Source: Octopus vulgaris
Lineage: Eukaryota
Length of the DNA: 64,000 nucleotides
Reading direction: 5' to 3'
Assembly: GCA_951406725.2 (NCBI GenBank)
Contig: OX597833.1
Span: 19,282,001-19,346,000 of the forward strand
The translations under genes were made by a program, and so were the position numbers. Positions within the stretch are counted from its first letter, which is position 1. Every line of letters starts with the position of its first letter. Positions 39,601-52,073 of this stretch are shown here, piece by piece. A model generated the notes under the pieces. It had not been told where the DNA came from, did not search any database, and saw only the letters and a program-made list of their open reading frames with translations.

Positions 39601-42600
39601 CGTAAGTGACAGAGGCAGAATAAGGAGAGGTTGGGAGAAGTAGGGTACGAACAAACCAGTATAGAAATATAGGAATACTAGCAGTATAGCCCGGCGTTGC
39701 TCGGGTTTGTTTTCTTTTCGACCCTTTAGAATTGGAATTTTTGAAAAGTAAAACTTTTGCATTATGTAGCTTGTTATTCTCTTTAAGTGAATATTTTTCT
39801 GGTTGAAATACACCAAAAAATGGTGACACACCAGTAAAAATATCGTAAAAAATAGGGATTTTTCATAGAAAAAAAGCACCTTTTTGATGTCAATAATTTT
39901 TGGTCTTAACATGGTCCGATTTGAATATTTTCTTCTACGGAATGAAGAGTAAGCCTTCTATCATACTCTCAATTTTAGTCAACTTGCGCCGCAGGGTCTC
40001 AGAAGAGATAGTGTTAGTTGAAGGCTACCAAACCTGCCACACACAGACAGACAACTTTAGCTTTATATATAAAGATTATCAGACTTAAATTATTATTACT
40101 CTGTAAAAAGTGACACACTATTGAGTTGCCTGTTGGTATTAGCAGATCCAAACAAGCAATATTTGTATGAAAGAGTTGCAGGATTAAGATACCTACAGAG
40201 TGTGGTTTCTTGTGCAATCATGTAGTTCAATAATGACTTGTGTGGGAATTCGGAAGATGGAAGCAGTGTGGAAGACAATTGTATTTATGTGTGCATATAT
40301 GGGATTTGGACAAAATAATGGAAACACCTTAAGAATTCAACCAAATTTATTTTAATATGGGGCAGGACTGCCTTTGGCAGTAATTACAGCTTGAATTCTA
40401 CAAGGTATGGACTAGTATAAAGTTTGAATTGTTTCTAAAGGAATTTTTGATTAACACCAGTATAATAGTATAATACAGAATGCTGTGTGTGACTTTTACC
40501 TGAGAATGTACCTTAAGAATATAAAAATATAAAACAAAGCTATGTAGCTCTACAGGCCGACTTATGACCAGTCAGTCAGAACACCATTTGTGGTCATAAG
40601 TTGATGACGACCTGTATGTGTGTAAATACAAATAAGGTGGTGAGCTGGCAGAATCGTTAGCATGATGATGATATATCTGTCTTGCATACTATATCAAATG
40701 TGTTGTGCAAGAGAGACGACTGTGTTGGTATGGTCATTTGTTACTTATGGATGAGGACAGCTGTGTGAGGAAGTGCCACACCTTAACTGTGGAAGGAACC
40801 TGTGGAAGAGGTAGACCCAGGAAGACATGAGATGAGGTGTTTAAGCATGACCTTTGAACATTGGGCCTCTCAGAGGCAATGACAGAAGACTGAGACCTTA
40901 GGAGATATGCTGTGATTGAGAAGACACAGCAACTAAAGTGAGATCACAGCCATGGCTGATGCCAGTGTTACCTGTCCAGCACATTTAAGAGTACCCTTGA
41001 TGTTTGGGCGATATGATATGCTTGAGAAGACCTGTTGAGTCACTTAAAACCAAAATCGTAGCTGTGACCAGTACCCACTGACTGGATCCTGCTCTGGTGG
41101 CACATAAAATGCATCATCTGAATGTGATCGACACAAGTGTTCCTTGACTGCCGGTGGCATGTAAAAAACACCATTCGAACGTGGCTGATGCCAGTACTCG
41201 CTGACTGGCTCCTGTGCCTTTGGCACGTAAAAACCACTATCTGAACGTGGATGACGCCAGTGCCCCGTGACTGGCTCCCATGACGTTGGCATGTAAAAAA
41301 GTACCATCTGAACGCGATCAATGCCAGGCCCGCCTGACTGGCTCCTGTGCAGGTGGCACATAAAAAGCACCCACTACATTCTCAGAGTGGTCAGCATTTG
41401 GAAGGGCATCCAGCTGTAGAAACATTGCCAGATCAGAGTGTGGTTCAGCCGCTGGCTCTCTAGACCTCAGTCAAACTGTCCAACCCATGCCAGCATGGAA
41501 AACAGATGTTAAATGATGATGATGATGCCAACCCTTTTACAGAGTGTACTGGGTGCTTTTACACAGTACATTCTTTTGATACCGGCCTATCCAAGACTGC
41601 CTCTGCTTCTATGACAAACTTCCTGTCATAAAGTGATCCAAATCAAAACACTCAACCAAAATTTCATGTAAGTTTATGTTACAAGCACCAGCTTAATTAA
41701 AGACAGTTATTTTACTAAATTCTTCATTATTTTCCTAAATTAACTGAAACAAAAGCAGTGCATTTCAACAGAAATATGATAACAAAACGGTGGAAATATG
41801 TCCAATAACAAAACAAATTGACAATTTAAATAAAAGAATAAGAAATTAAAAAATACCTTTTAGCAATCTGTTTTGTCCAATTTAACCAAACAGCTTCGGA
41901 ACAGACTAAGGTACCATGCAAATCAATAATGGCTAACGAAACCTTCTGCTCAGGTAAATTTTCTCCAAGACTTTCCTCTTCCCCAAAATGACGTTCGATT
42001 AGGATGCGTTCAGTCGAATATACGTAACAGTCTTTCCATTCCTCTGTCGGCATTATCAATGGTAGCAAGTCCTGAACATTTTGAATGATATGGTCAGCAT
42101 TAGGCTGCAAATCAGTCTTACCGCCCACACCACTCAATACCCCAACACTTAAGCCAAGATTGGCTGCCCTCCCCATCATGACATCTACTTTAGTGTCTCC
42201 AACCATGACAGCCTCAGATGGATCCACTCCCAACTTCTTGCAAATCATCAAAGCATTATGTGGAGATGGTTTGGGTTCTGACAAAGCATCGTCTCCACAT
42301 ACGATGAGATCGACGTTTTTGGACAGGTTTAAGATTTCAAGAAGTTCTTCAGTAGGTTTTCTAGAATCTGCCGTGCAAATAGCAACTTTCACTTGCTTTT
42401 GTTTAAGAACTTTGAAAAGGATTTGCAAATCAGCCAAAGATCGCATTGTTTCTGGGTTCTTGTTGTCGCCATGATCTAAATTCTCATCAACTAGCTCTTC
42501 AGCTCGTTGCAATGAAAACCCTTCTTTTATCAATAACTTTATTAACTCTTCCTTAATTATTGGACCAGTTGCCTCTGCCAACAGCCCAGGTACTACTTTA

Positions 42601-45600
42601 TTGGAGAGTGTGCAGTAGCCCAACATATCATAGACTTTCTTCTGGAGCGGAAGACCAGTAGCATTTGATAACCTGTAAGGATAAAGGAATTATGTTCAAG
42701 TTCTTGATACAGTATGCTAACTACCCTCAAAAGGAACATAGCATTTAAAATATACAAGTGCTAGTTAATCTTTATTAGTAAGTAAAAAAAATAGCATCCA
42801 CCCAAACATTTGCTTTGGAAATATGGAAAAAAAATTTTTTTTTTAATTTTTAGAAAAAATTAATTGGTTGTGGGGAGGATGTGATGTCTTCACATACTGT
42901 TACATTAAAAACTTTATGCACTCAAGCAATTGGTTAGGAGTAAAAACTAGTCACAGATAGCAATCAAAATATTTATTTAACCCTTTAGCATTCAGATATC
43001 TTTGTCAAATGTATTGCTTATTTATTCACATTGTTTTGAATTAGTCATGCATTATTTTGTAGCTTTGAGATTTCAATGTTGTGTTTGTATATTTTTAGAA
43101 TGACATTGTAGGTTAAGTGTGAGAGATTATATCTAGTTAGTTTTAACATAAAACAGGTAGAATATTTGGGCCAGAATGGCAAGATTAAATGCTAAAGGGT
43201 TAAAATTTCAATGAAAACAAAACATTTGCCAGTTTTTGGTGTTGTAGTATGACACAACAGAAATATGCATACACTATATGGAGAGTGATTACAGTTTCCC
43301 CCCATTGCTACCATAGCCATCTAAGGTTAACCCTTTCGTTACTATATTTCTGACCAAAATACACCCCTCATCAGTTTCAATTAAATTCTAAAATAATCAT
43401 GAATCTAGGCTTGTTTCATTAAATAACTGTAACTTTTTTACTTATCAACATATTAATGTGATATTTGGAACATAATTAAAGAAAGGGTTCTTAATCAATT
43501 CTATTGCAAAACTTTTGTCTCAAAGTGACTTTAATTACAGGTAAATCCAGGTAAATTGAGCAAAAGGTAAAAATATTAAAATTTTAAAATGAGCAAAAGG
43601 TAAAAATATTAAAATTTTGTTTAAACATCACCATAGAAAATGAATCATCAGCTAATATTCAAATGGGTATGCAACAAAATTTTGATAAAGAAGAATTGTG
43701 CACATCACTATATCATCAGTTGAATTTAATGCACAACAGGTATACCATAAAGGTGGAATAAACTGAAATATTGGAATCCACCATAAGTTTGACCGAACTA
43801 AAGAAACCGGTCAAAAAATAATATACGGCTCTGGTTATGGTATGGAAGTGATAAATTCCAGACCACATCGTTCCCTAGGCCATGCTGACTAACATTATTT
43901 TCCCTGTAAAAAAAACAAAATCCACACACTACCTAGTATTTGCTTCACAAATTTTCCGAAATTTGAACCCCCATTTTGTGTTTGTTTACGTTCTGCGTAA
44001 GTTTGTTTCCGCATTGATCGCTTCAAACAATAACTTCCAGACCACATCATACCCTAAGCCATGCTGACTAACATTAGTTTCCCTGTATAAAAACTAAATC
44101 CACAACAGTACCCAGTATTTGTTTCACAAATTTTCCAATTCGGAATCAATGCTTGATAACATGAAACTCCTATCTATTTTCAAAGTTGAAGAAAAATCGA
44201 TGCCGAAAAAAATGTGGAAAAAAATCTCCCAAAATTCAGGGAATTAAAATTACACGTCGATCTTTGTACGAAACTGTAGATTAACTGTTTACGAAGTATA
44301 ATCACGTTTTCACGAATGTACTAAAGAGATTTGCTCTGATATTCTCATTTAAATATGAATTCGGGCGGCTTTGGGCGGTTTGGTAACGAAAGGGTTAAAA
44401 TTATTATTATGTTAACTTAAATAGACTTGTACAAACTGAATGTTCCATTAACACAACAGAATCGGTTACTTCTTACACAACTGACAAATGCATCAACTAG
44501 AAGTTGATCAACAGGTTAAAATCAAACTAACTTATAATGATTATTTTTTTTTTTTTTTAGGTTAGTTTATTGGAGACAGGAATGTATAGAATCGCACAGC
44601 TATTTAGGAATGGAAGATCCTCTTGAATTATTATCAAATACTACCAATAGTTTTGAGAAGTGCATCGTAAATTTGGTAAAGTCTTAAAAAGAAAAGAAAA
44701 TGTAATTTTTTTTTATGACAAAATAATGTTTTCCATTCCCTAACTGGCACCAATAAATTATTCCATATTAATCCTCCAAAAAATTATCAGATATATCAGA
44801 GTACTTCTGAACCATGGGCATGGTTTTTAAACAGATTTTCCAAGTAGCAGACAACCATACATTCTCACATCCACACGAGACATGATACATACTTACTTTT
44901 CAGCCAAATTCTTAGCCCAAGGTACCCACATCGACTGGAAGCAGATTAAAGTACCATCTTTGTCAAATATCACCAAAGACATCTTCTTCCGCTTGCTGGA
45001 GTCTTGTTTAGTGTTTGAAGTTTTGTCATCATTACGCTGCTTCTTTAGATTGGCTTGTGCAGCCGAACTGTAGAGCACCCTCTGACCTTGGTCTGCAACA
45101 CACCAACCCACATAACAACAACGACCCAAGGTGCATGAAGACACCAATCACTAACTAAACACCCTAAAATTATTATCTACAACATCTAGCTGGGAGGGGA
45201 ACAATGCGCTTTAAATATTAACACTACAAGTGTATTGTTTATGCTTTTCATAGTTAGACCTCTTTTTCTCTCTCTTCAACAATATTTAACTGAAAATTAC
45301 CAGTTTTTTTAATATATAAACATTTTAGGAAAAAACACAGTTGACAAGATAGAAGAAAAGTCTTAGAATGAACAACAAAAATAGCAAAACTTATTCTCAA
45401 AACTACACCAATACAAAGCATTCAATATTGTAGTTGCCTACTTAAACATTTACATTTTACAATCTGCTCATGGTGGAAACATGTCACCATGACTTTTATG
45501 TTAGCAATAAATAATAGATATTCATGCCATTGAATAAGAATTCAATAAAATTAATGGACAATTGAAATTCTAGAAGTATAAAACAACTAGAAAATTAAGC

Positions 45601-46376
45601 TTTATTACTCAGACTTGTCATGAGTTTAAAGCAAGTTTGTCACATTTTAGCGGATAAACTGCTAACTTGAAAAAATCTGTTACATGACTTTAACAATTAC
45701 AGAAATACAAAGTTTGAGAGAGAAAAAAAGTAGGAAACAAGGTGTAAATTATTATAGAAATAATTTTTGTAAGAATTTGTCATTGCAAAGTTATTTCATA
45801 ATCAAACAATCTTTTTCATTTAGATTTAAAACTGACCAAAAGAAAATAAATTTTTCTTTTTTTTTTTTTACAGAAATTCCAAAGATTTTCCTAAGTAAAT
45901 TAATAGCTAAATGTTGTAGATACATTTATTTAAATATGGATGCTAACATAACTACATAAAAAAACTGAGCTGTTCATCCATGATCCGTTCACTATTTAAT
46001 CCCAAAACACAGCAATTTATTGCCCAGACATAGCTATTCTTTCTCACCATACTGTCTCTACATAGGTGAGAGAACAGCAATGGAGGAAGAAGCAAAGAAC
46101 AATATTGAAGCATCATAATTTTAATATTTTATAATGCACAGCAAAATATTGCATTTCAATAATTGCTCATACTAATACACATACACACATACATATGCAA
46201 AAAACATATGTTCAAAGATTGGGTAAACCATACGGTAGCAAGTACATACCTGTAGAGGAAATCCTGCAGGCGCTTAAGACAGAGGCATCGGCCACAGCAG
46301 AACAGGAGCTGAGTCTTGACAAACTTTTGCTACGGCAACGAGATGTCAGCCTCAGAGCCTTAGGTAGATGCAACAT
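26679..46376 (-). CDS. CHDH: Spliced gene model: mitochondrial-targeted HAD-HAD-choline dehydrogenase (GMC oxidoreductase) fusion, ~1188 aa; exons 46250-46376, 44897-45092, 41857-42672, 37775-38427, 26679-28453
   Basis: All four introns have GT..AG ends with matching phases (1,2,2,1). Summed CDS is 127+196+816+653+1775=3567 nt = 1189 codons including TAA. HAD motifs and GMC motifs fall in one frame. Confidence 0.8.
29190..29534 (-). mobile_element. Internally deleted mariner element
   Basis: [28 protein letters not shown] matches the mariner YSPDLAPxD motif; TIR-like end tattgggctgtctggaaagttcgtgcc. Confidence 0.85.
29883..30377. repeat. Long inverted repeat (~220-bp arms 29883-30106 and 30157-30377, ~50-nt loop)
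   Basis: Arms read as reverse complements by eye, e.g. gatagacaaagaacatgctggc/gccagcatgttctttgtctatc. Confidence 0.92.
37775..38427 (-). CDS. Coding exon 4: rest of the degenerate HAD domain 2
   Basis: ORF 37764-38444. Acceptor tttttcattgcag|G; donor AAAAAG|gtaatg (phase 1). Paralogous to exon 3 ([14 protein letters not shown] vs [14 protein letters not shown]; GVLSGTG vs GVLSGVG; ADHI). Confidence 0.9.
39676..40075 (+). mobile_element. Helitron/Helentron-like non-autonomous repeat; related end inverted near 51995-52028
   Basis: 5' actagcagtatagcccggcgttgctcggg with short GC hairpin; 3' gctttatatataaagat end. Confidence 0.5.
40693..41526 (+). mobile_element. 5'-truncated RTE LINE: ORF2 C-terminus followed by a tandem-unit 3'UTR and (gat)n tail
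   Basis: Translates [22 protein letters not shown]...GRGRPRKT*, then continues into the repeat family of 18248-18643. Confidence 0.8.
41857..42672 (-). CDS. Coding exon 3: rest of HAD domain 1 (motif II ICTAD, motif III EPKP, motif [11 protein letters not shown]) and start of HAD domain 2 (IIDLHGTL)
   Basis: ORF 41826-42626 extends to acceptor ccttacag|G at 42672; donor AAAAG|gtattt. Length 816 nt, phase 2 to phase 2. Confidence 0.9.
43331..44394. mobile_element. Non-autonomous piggyBac-type element in intron 2
   Basis: TTAA flanks, 12-bp TIR ccctttcgttac/gtaacgaaaggg, and internal direct duplications (43558-43618; 43857-44135). Confidence 0.85.
44897..45092 (-). CDS. Coding exon 2: linker plus HAD domain 1 motif I (VIFDKDGTL)
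   Basis: ORF 44893-45147. Acceptor tgttgcag|AC is phase 1 and compatible with exon 1; donor GAAAA|gtaagt is phase 2. Contains the DxDGT motif. Confidence 0.8.
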
Positions 46377-46432
46377 ATTGCAAACTCTATCAGAGATTTC
46401 AAAAACCAGATATCAGCCAATTGTGATGTGTT
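46250..46432 (-). CDS. First coding exon (ATG at 46376; 5'UTR 46377-46432): [42 protein letters not shown], mitochondrial presequence-like
   Basis: Acceptor ttttgtttttgttctgcag and donor ACAG|gtatgt (phase 1). Peptide is rich in R/S/L/K with one acidic residue. Not in the ORF track for this strand because it is short. A non-coding exon must lie further upstream. Confidence 0.7.
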
Positions 46433-47259
46433 CTGCAGAACAAAAACAAAAATAAAATATTAGTGGAATGCAGATGAGGGTTTTATATATTAATTTTGTA
46501 AACAGGATAATAAAAAAAAAATTAAAAAATTAAAAGCAGGAAGTGAGATAAGTTTGTGTGCCAGAAAGGAAAGTAACAAGCAACATTTCAAAAATGGAGC
46601 AACGGGCGTGGCTGTGTGGTAAGTAGCTTGTTTACAAACCACATGGTTCCGGGTTCAGTCCCACTGCGTGGCACCTTGGGCAAGTTTCTTCTACTATAGC
46701 CTCGGGCCGACCAAAGCCTTGTGAGTGGATTTGGTAGACGGAAACTGAAAGAAGCCCGTCGTATATATGTATATATATGTATGCGTGTCTATGTTTGTGT
46801 GTCTGTGTTTGTCCCCCTAGCATTGCTTGACAGCCAATGCTGGTGTGTTTATGTCCCCGTTACTTAGCGGTTCGGCAAAAGAGACCGATAGAATAAGTAC
46901 TGGGCTTACAAAGAATAAGTCCCGGGGTCGATTTGCTCGACTAAAGGCGGTGCTCCAGCATGGCCGCAGTCAAATGACTGAAACAAGTAAAAGAGTATGG
47001 GGAAATCACCGCACAAATGTCTTTGAACACAGGTCTGTTTGATTAAATCTAACCTGGAACTAAATATCAATAACATCACATTTCTTTTTATTGAATTCAC
47101 TAGGTACAAGCATGACTGTGGTTCAAAGAAGTTTGTTTTCCAACTGTGCGATTTCAGGTTCAATCCCATTACATGGTACCTTAGGTAAGTGTCTTCTATA
47201 ACTTGAGTGAAATCAACAGATGGAAACTATGCACAAGCACATCATTCATATAGAGAGAG

Positions 47260-47995
47260 CACTTTCCATATATGTAGGCAGCCCTTTATCAAACAAGCGC
47301 ACCTCAGAAAAAGATGTGGAACACAGAATTGGAGCTGCACACAAGGTATTTGGAAAGTTAGCTAAATGCATCTTCAACAACAAAAATCTTAGCTAAACAA
47401 TGAAAATTATGGTTTATAATACTGTTGTTGTCTCAACTTTGCTATATGGCTGTAAAACCTGGACTCTGTACCATCACAACACCCAAAAATTAGAACATTT
47501 TCATCAACAAAAGCTTCGCTCAATCTTGAGCATCAAACGGGAACACCATGGGACCAACAACAAAGTCGTGGAAAGAGCCAACAAAATATTGAATCGCAGA
47601 TCATGAAACATCGTCCTCGGTGGTCAGGACATGGAGCAAGAATGGAAGAGTCGAGGTTCCCATGTCAAGTCTTATTCAGTGAGTTAATTTCAGGTGAAAG
47701 ACCACAGGATTATCCTCTTCAAAGATACCAGGACCAACTCAAAGCAATAGTGAAAGCCACAGGAATTGAGCTTAAATCATTTGAAACACAAGCCAAAAAC
47801 CGTACCAAGTGGCAGTGGTCCAGCACTATTGGAACCGAAAACATCAAAACCACCAGAGAAAAGGAAGAAATCAAACAGTAGGAGAGAAAGGCTCAACAAA
47901 ATCAACCACATCCTCCACCAACATAGTCATGCAGTCAATGCCATTGGCTCTTCTATGCAAGAATTGGTCTACAGAGTCATCGATGGCATTACCAT
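47260..47995 (+). mobile_element. Decayed RTE-clade LINE ORF2 3' region
   Basis: VYNTVVVSTLLYGCKTWTL and RWSGHGARMEESRFPCQVLFSEL motifs, with stops and frameshifts. Confidence 0.88.
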
Positions 47996-50609
47996 TCAGC
48001 AAGAAACATTCAGCAAAGAAGAAAATAAATTTTCGGGTACAAGACAAAAGCCGCTGCCGATATATAAGGCAAGCTGGCAGAAACATTAGCATGCCGGGTG
48101 AAATGTTTAGTGGTATTTGGTCTGTCTTTATGTTCTGAGTTGAAATTCTGCCAAGGTCGACTTTGCCTTTTGTCCTTTCAGGGTCGATAAATTAAGTACC
48201 AGTTGCGTACTGGAGTCGATCTAATCAACTGGCCCCCTCCCCCAAAATTTCGGGTCTCGTGCCTAGAGTAGAAAAGAAAGGATATATATAGCCAGTGCCG
48301 CCTCGACTGGCTTCCGTGCAGGTGGCACGTAAAATGCACCAATCCGACCGTGGCCGATGCCAGCCTCGCCTGGCACCTGTGCAGGTGGCACGTAAAAAGC
48401 ACCCACTACACTCACGGAGTGGTTGGCGTTAGGAAGGGCATCCAGCTGTAGAAACATTGCCAGATCAGACTGGGCCTGGTGCAGCCTTCTGGCTTCTCAG
48501 ATCCCCGGTCGAACCGTCCAACCCATGCTAGCATGGAGAACGGACGTTAAACGATGATGATGATGATGATACACACACACACACACATACATACATACAT
48601 ACATAGAGAGAGAGACAAGCGACAGGGATACAATATCCCTTAGTTGTAATCCAGGCCAAGGCCAACCACATCAAGCTGAAATGAGCACCTAGAATTACGA
48701 GAGATAAGCAATCCAACTGTATTTTATCCTATAGGTAAATCCAGAGTTCACTTATCTGGATTATGAATATTTAACCAAGTGTATATCCAATTCAGTAACA
48801 AAGAATATGGAGATTAGTACAACTGCATAATTCTTGGTAAGTATCTTGCTTACCAACCACATGGTTCTAGGTTCTAGCCCCCCTGCATAGTTCTAGGTTC
48901 AGTCCCACTGCATAACACCTTGGGCAAGTGTCTTCTACTATAGCCTCGGGCTGACCAAAGCCTTGTGAGTGGATTTGGTAGACGGAAACTGAAAGAAGCC
49001 CGTCGTATATATGTATATATGTTTGTGTGTCTGTGTTTGTCCCCCCAACATCACTTGATAACCGATGCTGGTGTGTTTACGTCCCCATAACTTAGCGGTT
49101 CGGCAAAAGGGACCAATAGAATAAGTACTAGGCTTACAAAGAATAAGTCCTGGGGTCGATTTGCTCGACTAAAGGCGGTGCTCCAGCATGGCCAAAGTCA
49201 AATGACTGAAACAAGTAAAAGAGTAAAAGAGTAAAGAGTAAAAGAGTATCCCTCTGGAGCCACCAGCAGCTAAGTGACCTCACTTGTGCTGGCACCATGA
49301 AACAAAAAAAAAAATGCACCCATACATGCTGTAAGGTAAATGGAATTAAGGAGAGTATGAAGCCATAGAAACCATGCCAACGCAGACACTGGATAACACA
49401 GTGTAACACAATCTTTGTCTTTGGGTAGCAACTGTTTTTCCTATTTGCTTTCCCCAAAAAAGTATGAAAAATGGTTAATATTTCCTTTAAATTTTACTTT
49501 TGTTAGATTTATTCAAACCCCAAAGAATCCCTCTCAACACATGATGCTCCCCTACTATTCCTGCTCAGAGATGTGCATATTGTCAGTCACTAAGGGACAT
49601 GTTCAAGTGATTAAGGTCAAGCAACTGACAAGCAAACCTGTGGTATTGAGTAGGATATTTGCTGTAACACTATTTCTGCTTCAGCAACTCAGCGCTGAAT
49701 GTGTCTGAAATGTAATGGAAAATAGGTCAGTTTCAAAACAATGTCCAGGTCACAAAAGCAAAGGGGATAGTAGACATTTGCTTTGATTTCTAGATAGAAG
49801 CAAATAGGAAATAATACTGACCAAATACAAAAAGAAATAAAAATATAATTTTTGTTACCAGATGCAGACCTCATGCCAATTGGATCCTGCCAAACTGTCC
49901 TCCACATGCCAGCATGGAACATGGATGTTAAATAATGATGACGATAATGGTATATTATGAGTGATCTCATGTTAGTAGGTCCAAATTAAAAAGCATGCTT
50001 ATACAATGGTAGTACAGAGACAAACTTATTGTACTTAAATATAATACATTTTATTATATACTGGCTTCCGTGCCAGTGGCACGTAAAATGCACCAACCGT
50101 TCGTGGCCGTTTGCCAGCTCCGTCTGGCTCCTGTGCGGGTGGCACGTAAAAAGCACCCACTACACTCACGGAGTGGTTGTCGTTAGGAAGGGCATCCAGC
50201 CGTAGAAACACTGCCAGATCAGACTGGGCCTGATGCAGCCTTCTGACTTCACAGACCCCAGTTGAACCGTCCAACCCACGCTAGCATGGAAAACGGACAC
50301 TAAATGATGATGATGATGATGACAGAGAGTATAAGTTTCAAATCAAGGGTGCAAAAACCCAAACAATCATCAGATTGCATTGTCATCTCTTATGACCACA
50401 ACCAAGACAACTCCAGTTGGGGTTGTAAAGCACCAAAATACTTTAAGAAAGTGAGACTTATTTTGAAACTGTATAAAACATTCTGACTCGGAAGATAAGT
50501 ATTTGATATCACAAGCCATATGTATATACATATGGTATGTATATCCTATATAACTGTAATCCAAGAGCATGTTCAGTGATTTTAGGAAGATCATTGTACA
50601 CACAATATA

Positions 50610-50815
50610 CAGGGTATCCCAGAAGTAGTGCACCACTTTGGTTTTTTTAAAAGAATACACCCATATTGATTTCAAAAGCACTTTATTGAAATTAATCATA
50701 ACAAATGCTCCAATTGAGCACCCTCTACAATAAAACATGCCGAGAAAATATAATAAAATAAGATGCTTTATTTTAAATGAAAACCAGAATGGTGCGTGAC
50801 TTCTGGGACACCCTG
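50610..50815. mobile_element. Tc1/mariner-type MITE
   Basis: TA flanks; TIR cagggtatcccagaagt/acttctgggacaccctg. Confidence 0.85.
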
Positions 50816-52027
50816 TATATAGCATTAAGGCAGCAAGCTGGCAGAAACGTTAGCATGCTGGGTGAAATGCTTAGCAATATTTTGTCTGTCTTTACTTTCT
50901 GAGATCAAATTCCACCGAGGTCAACTTTGTCTTTCATCCTTTCGGGGGTTGATAAATGAAGTACCAGTTGCTTACTGGTAAGAGTGTAAACTGTCCAACC
51001 ATGCCAACATGGGAAACAAAAGTTAAATGATAATGAAGTAACAACACAACATGTGTGTGAATGCATGTTTATGTTTGTGTCTGTATCTCAGAGTGTCTTG
51101 CATCAACATAAGTCTGAAGGCAGTGACATTTGTGTCACAGTTCAATAAGTGAAGACCAGTAGAATAAAGCGAGCACTAACATCAAAAAGAGCATCGGCAT
51201 CATCATTTAATGTACACTCTTCCATGCTTGCATGGGTTGGATGGAGTTTGAGACAGACTTTCTATAGCAGGATGCCCTTCCAGTTGCCAACTCTTACCTA
51301 TTTACAAGGAAGTTAATATAATATTTTTAGGGCGGCGAGCTGGCAGAATCAGTAGCACACCGGGCGAAATGCTTAGCGGTATTTCGTCTGCCGCTACGTT
51401 CTGAGTTCAAATTCCACCAAGGTTGACTTTTTCTTTCATCCTTTTGGGGTCGATTAAATAAGTACCAGTTACGCACTGGGATCGATATAATTGACTTAAT
51501 CCGTTTATCTGTCCTTGTTTGTCCTCTCTGTGTTTAGCCCCTTGTGAGCAGTAAAGAAATAGGTAATATAATATTTTCTTATGGCCAGACAGGTTTTTGC
51601 AAAATACTGGAAATGAAGAACACTGTAAGACAGTGACATTCATTTACAACTATCATCTGATGTCAAGATAAAGAGACACAAACACACACACCTGTATATA
51701 TAAAAGGCAGGATGTGTGTGTGTGTACGTGAATGTAATTTATGCACGTCCACAAATTAGCACGCATGCCGCTCCAATTTTAGGAGGACATTCGTTATGAC
51801 CCTAGCTGTATTTTCATCAACTTATTTTTCCCAGAGGCACCAGTGAATAGCAGTAAAAATAAATTTTCAACCAAAACTTTTAACAATTTTCAAGTCGGAG
51901 AAATCACCATTGTTTGCAAACAGGAGTTAAGTCCCCTTCTAGAGACGAGTAAATTTTTGTTAAGACTTTTGTTGTTTCTTTTCCATTTAGCTTAATAATC
52001 CCAGGCAAAGACGGGTTATACTGCTAG

Positions 52028-52073
<46 letters not shown>

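Noticed and set aside
41060-41370. Regularly spaced ~60-nt repeats (gtggcac.taaaaa.cacc) superficially like a CRISPR array
   Set aside because: The 'spacers' are similar to each other, the context is a eukaryotic LINE 3'UTR, and there are no cas genes.
46195-46455. 86-aa plus-strand ORF
   Set aside because: It overlaps the minus-strand first coding exon, which has proper splice signals and phase; regarded as an antisense shadow.
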